From NCBI GenBank assembly GCA_977017645.1, contig OZ360225.1, positions 138,260,001 through 138,324,000 on the forward strand: a stretch of 64,000 nt of DNA. Direction: 5' to 3'. The stretch comes from Torpedo marmorata. Its lineage: Eukaryota. How positions within the stretch are numbered: the stretch's first letter is position 1; each line of letters opens with the position of its first letter. Below, one piece after another: positions 12,421-23,567 of this stretch. The notes under the pieces were generated by a model. It searched no databases and had not been told where the DNA came from. It saw only the letters and a program-made list of their open reading frames with translations. The translations under genes were made by a program, and so were the position numbers.

Positions 12421-14521
12421 GATTCCCTTGGTATCCACAGATTTATTGATTTCTATGTTAAAATAATGAGTGACAGAGCCTCCAGATTCTCTGGGGGAGA
12501 GAATTCCAAAGATTCATCATCTCTACGTGAATAAATTTATCCTCATCCTGGTCCTAACTGGTTTTACCTTGATCTGAGACAGTGATCCCTGGTACTCAAC
12601 TCAGCTAGGGAAAACATAATTTCTGCATGTACCTTCTCCCGCCTCTCATCCTTCTCAACAGTCTATTCGCAGGACATGGCCTCCGTCCCTGGAACAATCT
12701 GATGAGCAAGACACTGCCGTCTCACCCAGGTCACTTGGAACTGCAGTAAGGCATCTCCAATGTACGGAAAGCCCGGTCACCAAAGCCATCACGCCGTTTG
12801 CCCTCCTAATTGTTTAATGTTGAATTTCGGTGACTTGTGTACAAGGTCCCTTTAACCTCAACACTCTCCGATTTCTCGTCACTTCAAACAGAAGGTTTGA
12901 TTTTTTTTTTGACACCAAATGCCTCACGTTCCCATCCCCTGCTCCAGCCACACAGCCCTCACCCGCCCGGGTCCTCCCTGCCACTACCCACTCCCCCCAC
13001 CCACACACTGCTCACACACACAGCCAGGGATCGTTGCCAAATTCTCGGCACTTGGCGTTAACTGGAATTAAACATCGTGGAGTTAATATTGATGTCAACA
13101 GGACCAAAAGTCACGGAGAGGAGGGTCCAAGCCAGAGCCACTGTGGGCGGGTGGGTCAACAACTGTTGACCAAGGGGCGGTGAGACGGCTCTGTAAGATG
13201 TGAGGGCGACGCCCTGAGATCCACGGCCGGTCCCAGAGGAAGGTTCCCGGCGGTCTCTCCACTCTTATCGGCTTTGGCCGCTCTATCAGCGAGCCAAGTG
13301 TGGAAAATGTGTCGTGGCCACTCGGAGCCGTAGATAGGCGGGCTCCAGGCTGCTGAAAAAAAATCTTCCCGGGGCTTATCAGCTCCTTCAGAGGCTCCAG
13401 GGTGCGCAGGAAGCGGCCTGTGTCTGGGCCGGGCACTTGATAAGGAGGCATTACTGGGAGACTGTTGTGGGTCACCGTGCCTGTGGAATGCAATCCGCCA
13501 GCCGAGCTCGGCACCAACTCGACACGACTTCCCCGCGGATCCCTCATTCAGCCCGGCTTTACCCGCGCTAAACACAAACTGGCGGAAGTCAACGGGTCAA
13601 GCAGCATCTGCGGCGTCCTGTGTTGTCTCCAGTCCACCCGCATTAATTAACTCAGCGCGCTGCCCGCTGGCCTTGATGGTCCGGTTGTGCGGTCCGCAGG
13701 ACTGACTTCCCCTAACCCTTCGACAACAACCTTTCCACCCTGAACTCCCACCCCCAATTTTGCGACCAGCGACATCCTGGGGCTTCCTCGGAGCAGGGAG
13801 ATCAGGCTGGAGTCTTCTCCCCAAGAAACAGATATTCCTGTCCCTTTCCCAGGGAATGGTCTATCCCATCAGATCCCAGAGAATCAACTACTCGGTTCCA
13901 GGGTATAGACCATGCGATTTCATCACCAGGGAATGGTCTATGTCACACTTTCTCATCATAAACCATCCCTTCCCAAGGAATGGGCCATCCTATCCCATCT
14001 CAAGGGAATGGTATATCCACACTATTCCAAGGAATGGACCATTCCGTCCCACTCCTGATAAAATAGGACACCCCCACCATCCCATTTTCAGGGAAATGAT
14101 CAGCACTGGACATTTCTGGGGAATGGACCATGCTTCCCTCTCCTCGGGCAGGAGATCACGTGGTACCATTACCGAGACATATTTCACACCATCACATTCC
14201 CAAGGAAGCAACGAACACCACCCCTATTCCATGGGAAATTAGGCCTTTCACATTCCAGAGGGGAAGAAAATCAATTCAACCCATTCCCAAGGGAACCTTT
14301 ACCATGGTCCAAATCCCAGTGGAACAATCCTATTCTCAGATCATTCTCATTTTAGGTCAGTAGATTAAATACATCGCCAAATGCAGCACAGCAGGATCCC
14401 ACAAGCAAACAGAGAAATGGTCGGTTTTGCTAGTGTGAATAAACGTTCACCTCTCGCACTCATTGGCCCCGCCCGCGGACAGTTCCCAACAGCGAGCGTC
14501 ACCCGCTGAGCCCCAACACTC

Positions 14522-14712
14522 TCTGCTGGAGGAACTCAGCGGGTCGAGCGGCATCAGTGGGAGAAGTAGAATTGGATGGATTGAATGTGGATGAAGGGCT
14601 CCGCCCCGAAACGTCGACCATTCTTTTTCTCCCACTGGCGCTGTTCGACCCGCTGAGTTCCTCCAGCAGGTTGTGTTTAGCTTCAGATACCAGCATCTGC
14701 AGTCTCCTGTGT
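14522..14712. mobile_element. Inverted pair of Penelope-type terminal-repeat fragments
   Basis: ~50-nt complementary arms around a gatgaaggg..cccgaaacgtc motif. Confidence 0.7.
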
Positions 14713-15719
14713 GGGGACCCAGCTACCGGGTGTTACAGTGTCCATGAATTCATCTCCATGGAGTGCAGAAATCATTGCGGGACTACGCGCGGGCAAGGGT
14801 CAGGATGGTTCTGACAGCCAGCTGCACATTTAGCAGACTGCCAATGAGCTGTTGACTGTTTATATTTTAATGTTTTTACACTACACAGTTCCATCAACAG
14901 GCACATTCCCCAAAACACGCCGACACCCAGAGGAAGGTGATTAATTTCAGTCAAAAAAAGTTACAAGATGATAAAGGTGAACAACAGTGACACTTACACA
15001 AGTTTATACAAGCAAGTCGCCGAGGTTAACTTCTGCGGTATAAAGAATCAAAGGACGGTGTCACTGAGGGAGGAATAACAGGGCCCCCTCAAACCCGTCT
15101 GTCCGGTGTTTAACACAAACAGCTGATAAAAGCATTAGTCGAATTCTGAGCCTGTTATCTCAGCGCGCTGCTAATTTCATCGTCAGTGAGTCCAGGGAAC
15201 AGGAGGTAACGATGACTGTCTTTGGAGTTGAGACAGCGATTAAGGTCGGAGAAATGTTAAACTCGGTGATAGAGATAGCGCACTCACTGCCCAAACAGCT
15301 CTTTGCACCTCGTCCGCCGCGACAGTAGCTTCTGAGCTCTGGAGATAGCATCGCCAACACTTCACCTGTCACCTTGATTCCTTCGCTGGGGATTAACGGC
15401 AGGCACAGCACGGCGGCTGAGAATAAACAGCCCGTGTTTCTCCCCACTTGTCTTGGTTGTCATACAGACCCCAAGTACAAGAGGCGCCCATGGCTGGGCG
15501 CCTGCTGCTAACCGGGCGGCGGGAGAGCCCAGACTCTGTCACCGCATCAGTGATCCGGTGAATGGCTTAAAACCGCTCTGTGGAGGAGTATATGAATCGT
15601 TTCACACCACGAGAAGTATTGCTTGCAGTGGGAGTCACATTAGGTTGCATTTCCAGCATGTGGTCGGCCATTGGGCCCCTCTGCTCCCTGCACCCACCCT
15701 CCCCTATTGCCCTCTCTCC

Positions 15720-16392
15720 TTGGTTGCATCACTGACTGGTTTGCTAATTCGTGTGCCCAGCAACTCTCCTTCGTCCCCTTGGCGCCTACCCATGTTACCG
15801 CAGGAGATGCTCCATTTGCGCCCACTCCTCCCTCACCTCCATTCGGGGCCCCATACAGTCCTTCCAAGTGAAGCAACACTTCACTTGTGAATCTGCAGGA
15901 GTCATTACCGCATGATCCGGTGCTCGCTTTGTGGTCTCCTCTACATCAGAGAGACTGGGCGCAGACTGGGAGATTGCTTCATTGAGCACCTCGGCTCTGT
16001 CCACCACAATAGTGTGGATCTTCCAGTGGCCACCCATTTCAATTCCCTGGACCATTCCCTTGCTGACATGTCTTTCCATGGTCTCATGCACTGCCAGACT
16101 GAGATCATCTGCAAATTGGAGGAACAGCACCTCATCTTCTGTCTGGACAACCAGATGACATTAATATCGACTTCTCCGGTTTCCGAAACATCTCCCCCCC
16201 TCCCTACTTCTTCCCCTTCTCCTTTCCTCTAGTTCACTTCCCTTTTCCCTCTGTCTCCTTTCACAGAACCAAAATCAATTCTCACCTTTCTTTTTATCAT
16301 ATCTAATTAACACCTTTAGTCTGATGGCCTAGACTTCTCCCCCTCCCAGTCTTTAATTCAGACACCTGCCTGCTTTTTGCTTATATCTTGAA
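15720..16392 (+). mobile_element. Penelope-like element, GIY-YIG region and first part of terminal repeat (resumes 18794-18932)
   Basis: FQVKQHFTCES...IRCSLCGLLYIRETGRRLGDCFIEHL...VATHFN. The terminal repeat is interrupted at cttgaa|. Confidence 0.8.
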
Positions 16393-18793
16393 TCAGAATC
16401 AGAATCAAAATTTATTGTCATGAACGTGTCAGGAAATTTGTTGTTTTGCGGCAGCATCACAGTGCAAACATTTATATAAACCACATTACAAAATAAATGA
16501 AAATAGTGCAAGAAAAAGAAAAGACAAAGTAAAGTAGTGTCTATGATTCATTGTTCATTCAGAAATCTGTCCTTGTGCCACTGAGTGCTCATCTTCTGGC
16601 TCCTGTACCTTTTTCCCGATGGTAGCAGAGTGAAGAGGGCATTGCCTGGGTGGTGGGGGTCTTTGAGGATAGAGGCTGCTTTTTTAAGACACCGCCTCAT
16701 GTAGATGTCCTCGATGGAGTGAAGTCTGGTGCCTGTGATGTCACAGGCTGAGTTAACAACCCTCTGGAGTTTTTTCTTGTCCTGAGTGTAGGCACCTCCA
16801 TACCAGGCAGTGATACAACCAGCCAGAATGCTCTCCTGCACAGGTTTTTGAGAGTCTTCGGTGACATACCGAATTTTCTCAAACTCCTCACAAAGAATAG
16901 CCACTGGCGAGTCTTCTTCATGACTGCATCGACATGGAGAATCCAGGACAGTTCCTCAGAGATGTTGAAACTCAGGAATTTGAAGTTCTTGACCCTCTCC
17001 ACTGCTGACCCCTCGATGACGACTGATTCGTGTTCTCCTGACTTCCTCCTGAAGTCCACAATCATCTCCTTGGTTTTACTAATGTTGAGTGCAAGGTTGA
17101 TAGCGTGACACCACTCAACTAGCTGATCTATCTCCCTCCTATATGCTTCCTCATTGCCGTCTGTGATTCTGCCGACAATTGTGATGTCATCGGCAAATTT
17201 GTAGATAGCATTTGAATTGTGCCTGGCCACACAGTCATGGGTGTATAATGAGTAGAGCAGTGGACTAAGCACGCATCCTTGAGGTGCGCCTGTGTTGATA
17301 ATCAGTGAGGAGGAGACGTTGTTTCCAATTCGTACTGACTGTGGTCTTCCGATGAGAAAGTCAAGGATCCAGTTGCAGAGGGGGGTGCAGAGGCCCAAGG
17401 TTTGGAGCTTGTTGACCAGCACTGAGGGAATAATGGTATTGAAGGCTGAGCTGTAGTCGATGAAGAGCAGCCGTATGTATGAGTTTCTGTTGTCTAGGTG
17501 ATCCAGAGCAGAGTGGAGAGCCAGTGATATTGCATCTGCTGTGGAGCGATTGTGACAGTAGGCAAATTGCAGGGGATCCAGTCCTTTACTTGGGTATGTG
17601 TTAATTCTGTCCATGACCAACCTCTCAAAGCATTTCATCACAGTAGATGTGAGTGCTACTGGCGATAGTCATTGAGGCAACTCACTCTGCTCTTCTTGGG
17701 CACTGGGGTGATTGATGCCTTTTTGAAGCAGGTGGGAACCTCTGACTGCAGCAGTGAGAGATTGAAAATGTTCATGAACATTACGGCTAGTTGGTTGGCA
17801 CAGATTTTCAGTCCCTTGCCAGGTGCACCGTCAGGGCCTGACACCTTGTGAGGGTTCACCCTCTTGAAAGATGTTCTGAAGTCGGCCTCAGAGACAGATA
17901 TCACAGGGTTCTCAGCCCTTGCAGGGATTCTCAGGCACTGTTGAGTTCTCCTTCTCAAAGTGGGCATAGAAGGTGTTCAGCTCATCGGGTACTGAAGCAT
18001 CACAGCCATTTATGGTGTTCGACCTTGCTTTTTAGGATGTAATGGCCTGCAATCCCTGCCATAGCTGGCAAGTATCTGTCTCTGTCTATAGCTTCCTCCG
18101 GAATTGCTACTTTGTTGCTGAGATAGCCTTCCGCAGGTCGTACCTGGACCTCTTGTAGAGATCTGGATCACTGGCCTTAAACGTCCTTGATCTCACCCTC
18201 AGCAGGTTGCGAATCTTCTGATTCAACCAAGGCTTCTGGTTGGGGAACTCCCGGTATGTGCGCGTGGGCACACACTCGTCCACGCAGGATTTTATGAAGT
18301 CCGTGAGATATGTTGCATATTCATTCAGGTCTAAGGATAAGTCCTTGAATATGGTCCAGTCCACTGATTCAAAGGAATCCTGCAGGTGCTCCTCCACTTC
18401 CCTCGACCATACTTTCACGTCTTCACCACTGGTGCTGTGGTCCTCAGTCTCTGCTTGTACGCTAGGAGTAGAAATACAGCCAGGTGATCAGACTTGCCGA
18501 AGTGCAGTTGTGGGATGGCTTGGTAGGTGTTCTTCATGGTGGTGTAGCAGTGGTCAAGTGTGTTGGCTCCTCTGGTTTCACAGGTGACGTGCTGGTGGTA
18601 GTTGGTTAGAGACTTCTTCAGGTTGGCCTGATTGAAGTTCCCCACAATGATCAAGAAGGCATCAGAGTGTGCTATCTCGTGGCTGCTGATCACAGTGCTC
18701 AGTCCCTCCAGTGCTAGTCTGGTGTTAGCCTGAGGTGGAATGTACACTGCGACCAGGATGATGGCGGTGAACTCCCTCGGCAAATAGAATGGA
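16391..18793 (-). mobile_element. Rex1/Babar-clade LINE, 5'-truncated, disrupted ORF2 (APE end plus RT)
   Basis: [40 protein letters not shown]; APE TLDHCY..SDH; tail aataaa..(ttctga)n. Several frameshifts. Confidence 0.9.
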
Positions 18794-18932
18794 GAAGGGC
18801 TCAGGCCCGAAACATCGGTAATACAGTATATCTTTACCTCCTAGGGACGCTGCGAGACCGGCTGAGTTCCTCCAGCATTTCTATGTGTTTTTACTACAAT
18901 CACAGTGTCTGCAGACTTTCGTGTTTCACTCC

Positions 18933-19270
18933 AGAAAAAGTAACAAACCTGGCCAAGTCTCTCATTGGCACCGACATCCCATCCACTGAAGACATCTATG
19001 TTAGATGCTGCCTCAAGAAAGCAGCCAACATCATAAAGGACCCCCATCACCTTGGTCACAACCTCTTCTAACTGCCAGCTTCAGGCAGATGGTACAGAAA
19101 CCTGAAGTCTGGCACCTCCAGGTTCAAGAACAGTTTTTATCCAACAGCTATCAGGTTCTTGATCCTCCCCATACTACCCTAAACATAAAGTGTCAGGACC
19201 ACCAAAGGACCTGTCCACTTGACTGAAATGCCACATTTTTCTTGCACTAACTGTAACTGTGAATATTTAT
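18933..19270 (+). mobile_element. Rex-type LINE 3' fragment
   Basis: DIPSTEDIYVRCCLKKAANIIKDPHHLGH, homologous to the C-terminus of the 16391-18793 element. Confidence 0.75.
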
Positions 19271-19271
19271 T

Positions 19272-21053
19272 TGCTTTGGGGAGGGAATCCAAAATTGGAT
19301 TAAACTGCTCTACATGGACATCCATAGCACAGTCCAAATCAATGGGTGGGAAACAGATAGCTTCCCCATCAAATCTGGAGTTAAGCAAGGTTGCCCACTC
19401 TCTCCCATCTTATTCATGTGCTGCATAGAGCCCTTTGCCTAATCCATCAGGAAGGATGAGGGCATAAGAGGAGTGACATTGCCACGCAGTGGAGGCACTC
19501 AGGTCAAAGCCTCCCTGTACATGGACGACTTCACCATCTTCTGTTCAGTCACATGATCGGTTCACAGACTGATCAGCATCTGCAGCCTGTTTGAGTTTGT
19601 TTGGGCGCCGGGGTTAACCAGAAGAAGAGCGAGGCAATGCTCTTCAGTAACTGGCCTGACCACTCCACCATCCCCTTCACAGTCAGATCTGACTCCCTGA
19701 AGGTGCTGGGGATCGGGTTTGGAGGGGCTGAGGTGTGCAACAAGAATTGGTCAGAGGTCCACCAGAAATTGAGTCTGTGGGCGCGGCGCTCCCTCTCAGC
19801 AACAGGGAAGAACCTGGTCATCAGGTGCGAGGTGCTCTCGCTACTGCTGTACGTGGCTCAGGTGTGGCCCATCCCCACACCTCCGCCCTGGTGGTCACCA
19901 AAGCAGTCTTCTGGTTTACAATGTGATCCAAGATGGAAAGGGTCCGAAGGGTCACCATGTACAAGTCACCAGACAACAGAGGCAAGGTTGTACCCAATGT
20001 GACCCTCATCCTGATATAACCACCTTCATGTGTGGCTGTATCAGGCTGTGTGTAGAACCAAAGTACAAGGGCACCGTGCCGCTATGTGCTGAGGTTCTAC
20101 CTGTTCCAGGTGTTGCAAAGGATGGGCCTGGCCCCGTTGCCGCACAATGTTCCAGTCAGCTGGAATTTGCCACACCACCTAACCTCGTGGAAATGTTTTT
20201 CCAGGCAAACACTTTGACCACAAGACCAGCAGGTTGTGGTCTGCATGGAACGTCCTGCAGACACTGAAAGACGAGGACTCAATGGACACAGTGGGGTGGT
20301 TCCCTGAGTAGACCATCCAGGTCATCTGGCGGAATGTCTCATCACCAGTGCTCACAAACAAGCACCAGGATTTGGCCTGGCCGGCGGTGAGAGGAGCCCT
20401 CCCAGTCAGATCCTTCCTGTACAACAGGAACATCACCCACAATGTGCATGTTGTCCCCGAGATGACTGCGGTGGAGAGGAGTTGCCCACCTCTTTGCAGA
20501 ATGCAGATTTGCAAAGTGTGTGTGGAGAAGGATGCAAGGGTCCTTGTCACAGTTCATCCCCAGCAGCAACGTGACAGAGGACTCTCTGATTTACGGGCTA
20601 TTCCCGGGACGCACACAGAGACAGACATCCAGAAGTGCTGGAAAATCATCAACTCAGTGAAAGACACACTTTGGTCTGCCCGAAACCTGTTGGTCTTTCA
20701 GCACTCAAAGATGTCGGTGAGAGAATGCTGCCGACTGGCACATTCCAGGCTGTAGGAGTACATGCTGAGGGACGCACTGAAGCTTGGCACAGCCAACGCG
20801 AGGGCGCTGGGGGAAGGACCACAGTCCAGAGTCCTTCTGTCACCAGGTCTAAGACTGAGGGAAAGCCCCTCAAACAACAGAAGGGGGAGTCATGACAAGA
20901 TGCTACAGTGGTGGCAATGGTGTAAGTAGAAAATGAATGTAACAATGTACAGTGATGGAAATGTATGGATACGACACTAAGGGTGCGAAGAGACTTCGGA
21001 TGGTTTTCTTTTTGTAAATAATTTATTGTGAATAAAGTCGATTTTGGAAAAAA
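19272..21053 (+). mobile_element. Tx1/L1-clade LINE remnant
   Basis: QGCPLSPILF, LYMDD, LSLWARRSLSATGKNLV, LTNKHQDLAW..ALPVRS. Ends aataaa...aaaaa; many stops and frameshifts. Confidence 0.8.
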
Positions 21054-22604
21054 GTTACAGAACACAGAACAGTACAGGCCTTTCAGCCCCCAATATTGTG
21101 CTGACCTATGGAAACCTACTCCAGAACAATCTAATTTTCCCTACCTTGCACCCATAATCTATTTTTCTTACATCCATGTGCCTGTCTAAGAATCTTTTGA
21201 AATCCCTATTATACCAGCCCCCACCACTCCTTTATCTCTCCTTTTATCTTGGCATATTGTGGCAATATAATTTATACCATTATTGTTGTTTTTTTAAAAA
21301 TTTGAATAATAAACTTCATTCACAATAAAAATGTCTGCCAAGCAAAACAGTCTTTTCACATTCTTAGTGTCATATTCCTATGTACATTTTGTTACTGTAC
21401 ATTGAAGTGGTAACCACTTATTTTACTACATAGTACCGTTGCCACTAATGTAGCCCCCTGGGGTTACTCCCCCCTCAGTTGTTTAGTTAGTATATTTTAT
21501 GTACCTGTGTGGCTGCTGCAAGTAAGAATTTTGGTGCATCTGTACATTGTATATGACAATGAACTTGCATTACTCATTTCACTTTGTCCCGAGGACAAGT
21601 TCCATTCTCTTGTCCCCTGTGGGCAAAGGTATCTCCTGGCTCTTATCTCAGGATGTTGGATTATCCTGGATCACTGGTGTCCTTTAGGGAGGAAAGCGCC
21701 ATCCCCACCTGCCCTGCCCTAGATATGACTCCAGGCCCACCCCAGCGGCCGTCTGCGGCGGGGCTGGGGTAGTGATGGGCAGGAGGAGATCTCACTGCCA
21801 GCGGTGGTATTTGCCGTCCAGTCTCCCATGTGGTTGCAGTCACCGCTGCAGTCCCAGATCCCGGTTTGACTGACACCTGGGAGGAGCAGAGAGTTCCCTG
21901 GGCGAGCTGAAGGAGACCCACCACCCCTCCTTTATTGCTTGGTGTGCCCCATAATCTTCCAACAGGTTCCTCCTCCAAAGGAACTCATCCGGCACAGAAA
22001 CAGGCCCTTCGGCCCACTGTGTCAATGCTGACCATCGAACACCCACCAATTCCATTCCCATTTACCAGCCCCGGGTCAGCAGCCATCCTGGTCCTGCTGA
22101 TTCAGGTGCTCACTCAGATACTTTTTAATTGTCTTGAGCATCAGCACTTTTTTCAGTGGTGGTTCCAGACCCCTCTGTGCTGTGGGGTTGGTGGGTGGGG
22201 CATCTTCAGATCCCCTGAAATCTGTGCCTTCTGCTATAGAAAAGTTTCTTACCCTCTACCCTATCCATGCTACTTTAACTTCGTACACCCCTTTCAGATC
22301 CATCTCAGCGGCTGAGATGGATCTGAAAGGGGTGTACAAAAGCCTCCTTCATTCCAGGGGAAAACAACTCCATCCTCTCCAGTCCTTCATAACGCTGTAC
22401 AAGGTACCACTGAACCATTGGTGGTTAATGCTCTTTGCCCCTATTTGGACCCAGACTGTGGTGGGATCTGGATCCCAATGATCCTGCTGAAACACAAACT
22501 GAGCATCAAGGAGCAGGTTACTATCAATGATAGCCTCCATCATTTTGCTGATATTTGGGAGTGCACTGATTCGGCGGTGATTAGCACTGTTGGATAAATG
22601 TGAC

Positions 22605-23110
22605 AGTTCAGAATATGGGAAACATTTTAGAACATAGAACACCACAGCACTGGAACTAGCCCTTCAGTTCACAATGTCTGCACATATCATGACACCAATT
22701 TAAACTGCAAGTTTTCTTGCGCATGATCCATATCCCTCTACTCCCTGCATGTTCATCTGTCTGTCTGAATCTTTTAAACATAACTATCATATCTGCTTCC
22801 ACCGCCTCCCCTGGCAACATGTTCCAGGCACCTACCACTCTATGTAAAAAAAATGCCTTGTCAATCTCCTTTAAATTTCCCCTTCTCACCTTAAACCTAC
22901 TGTATGTTTTTAGTATTTAACATTTCCACCCCAGAAGAAACATTCTGACTGTCTCCCCTCTCTTTGCCTCTCATAATTTTATAAACTTCTGTCAGGTCTC
23001 CTCCTAGTTTATGACACTCCAGAGAAAAGAAAAACGCGTGTCCAACCTTTTCTTACAGCTAATACTGTCTAATCCAGGCAATGTCCCGGTGAACCTCTTC
23101 TACACCTTTA
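22605..23110 (-). mobile_element. CR1 3' fragment
   Basis: FFLHRVVGAWNMLPGEAVEA motif; (agaacat) tail. Confidence 0.7.
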
Positions 23111-23264
23111 ATAAAAGGTCAAAACCCTGTGCAGAACCAGTTACTGCATTGGTCAGGCAAATAAACAGTGGTGGTTTTGCACTGGATGTCATTCAGAAAA
23201 ACTCACCAGATTTTCTGTTTTAATTGTGGCCAATATACTCTCAGGTGACAGATTATGTGTACAT

Positions 23265-23295
<31 letters not shown>

Positions 23296-23567
23296 TTGGA
23301 GGGAGGGATAGAGTGAGAGAGAAGATGAGAGAGAGGAAGAGGGAGAAAAAGAGAAAGATAAAGGGAAAAGGTGAGGGGGCCTAGGGAGGGAGGGAGGCAG
23401 AGAGAGTGCATGAGAGAGACAAAGAGAGAGAGAGAGACTGAATGAGAGAGAGAGAAAGAAAGTGACAGAGAAGAGAGAGAGAGAGAGAGAAAGGAGAGTG
23501 AGGGGTGATGGGGAGGTGGTAGAGAAGTGCACAACAGAGAGAGAGAGAGAGAGAGAGAGAGAAGAAG
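23265..23567. repeat. (GA)n / polypurine tract
   Basis: Direct reading. Confidence 0.9.

Noticed and set aside
16697-17641. Host gene or active RT from the 314-aa ORF
   Set aside because: Part of a 5'-truncated, frameshifted Rex LINE; such fragments are often mis-annotated as host proteins.
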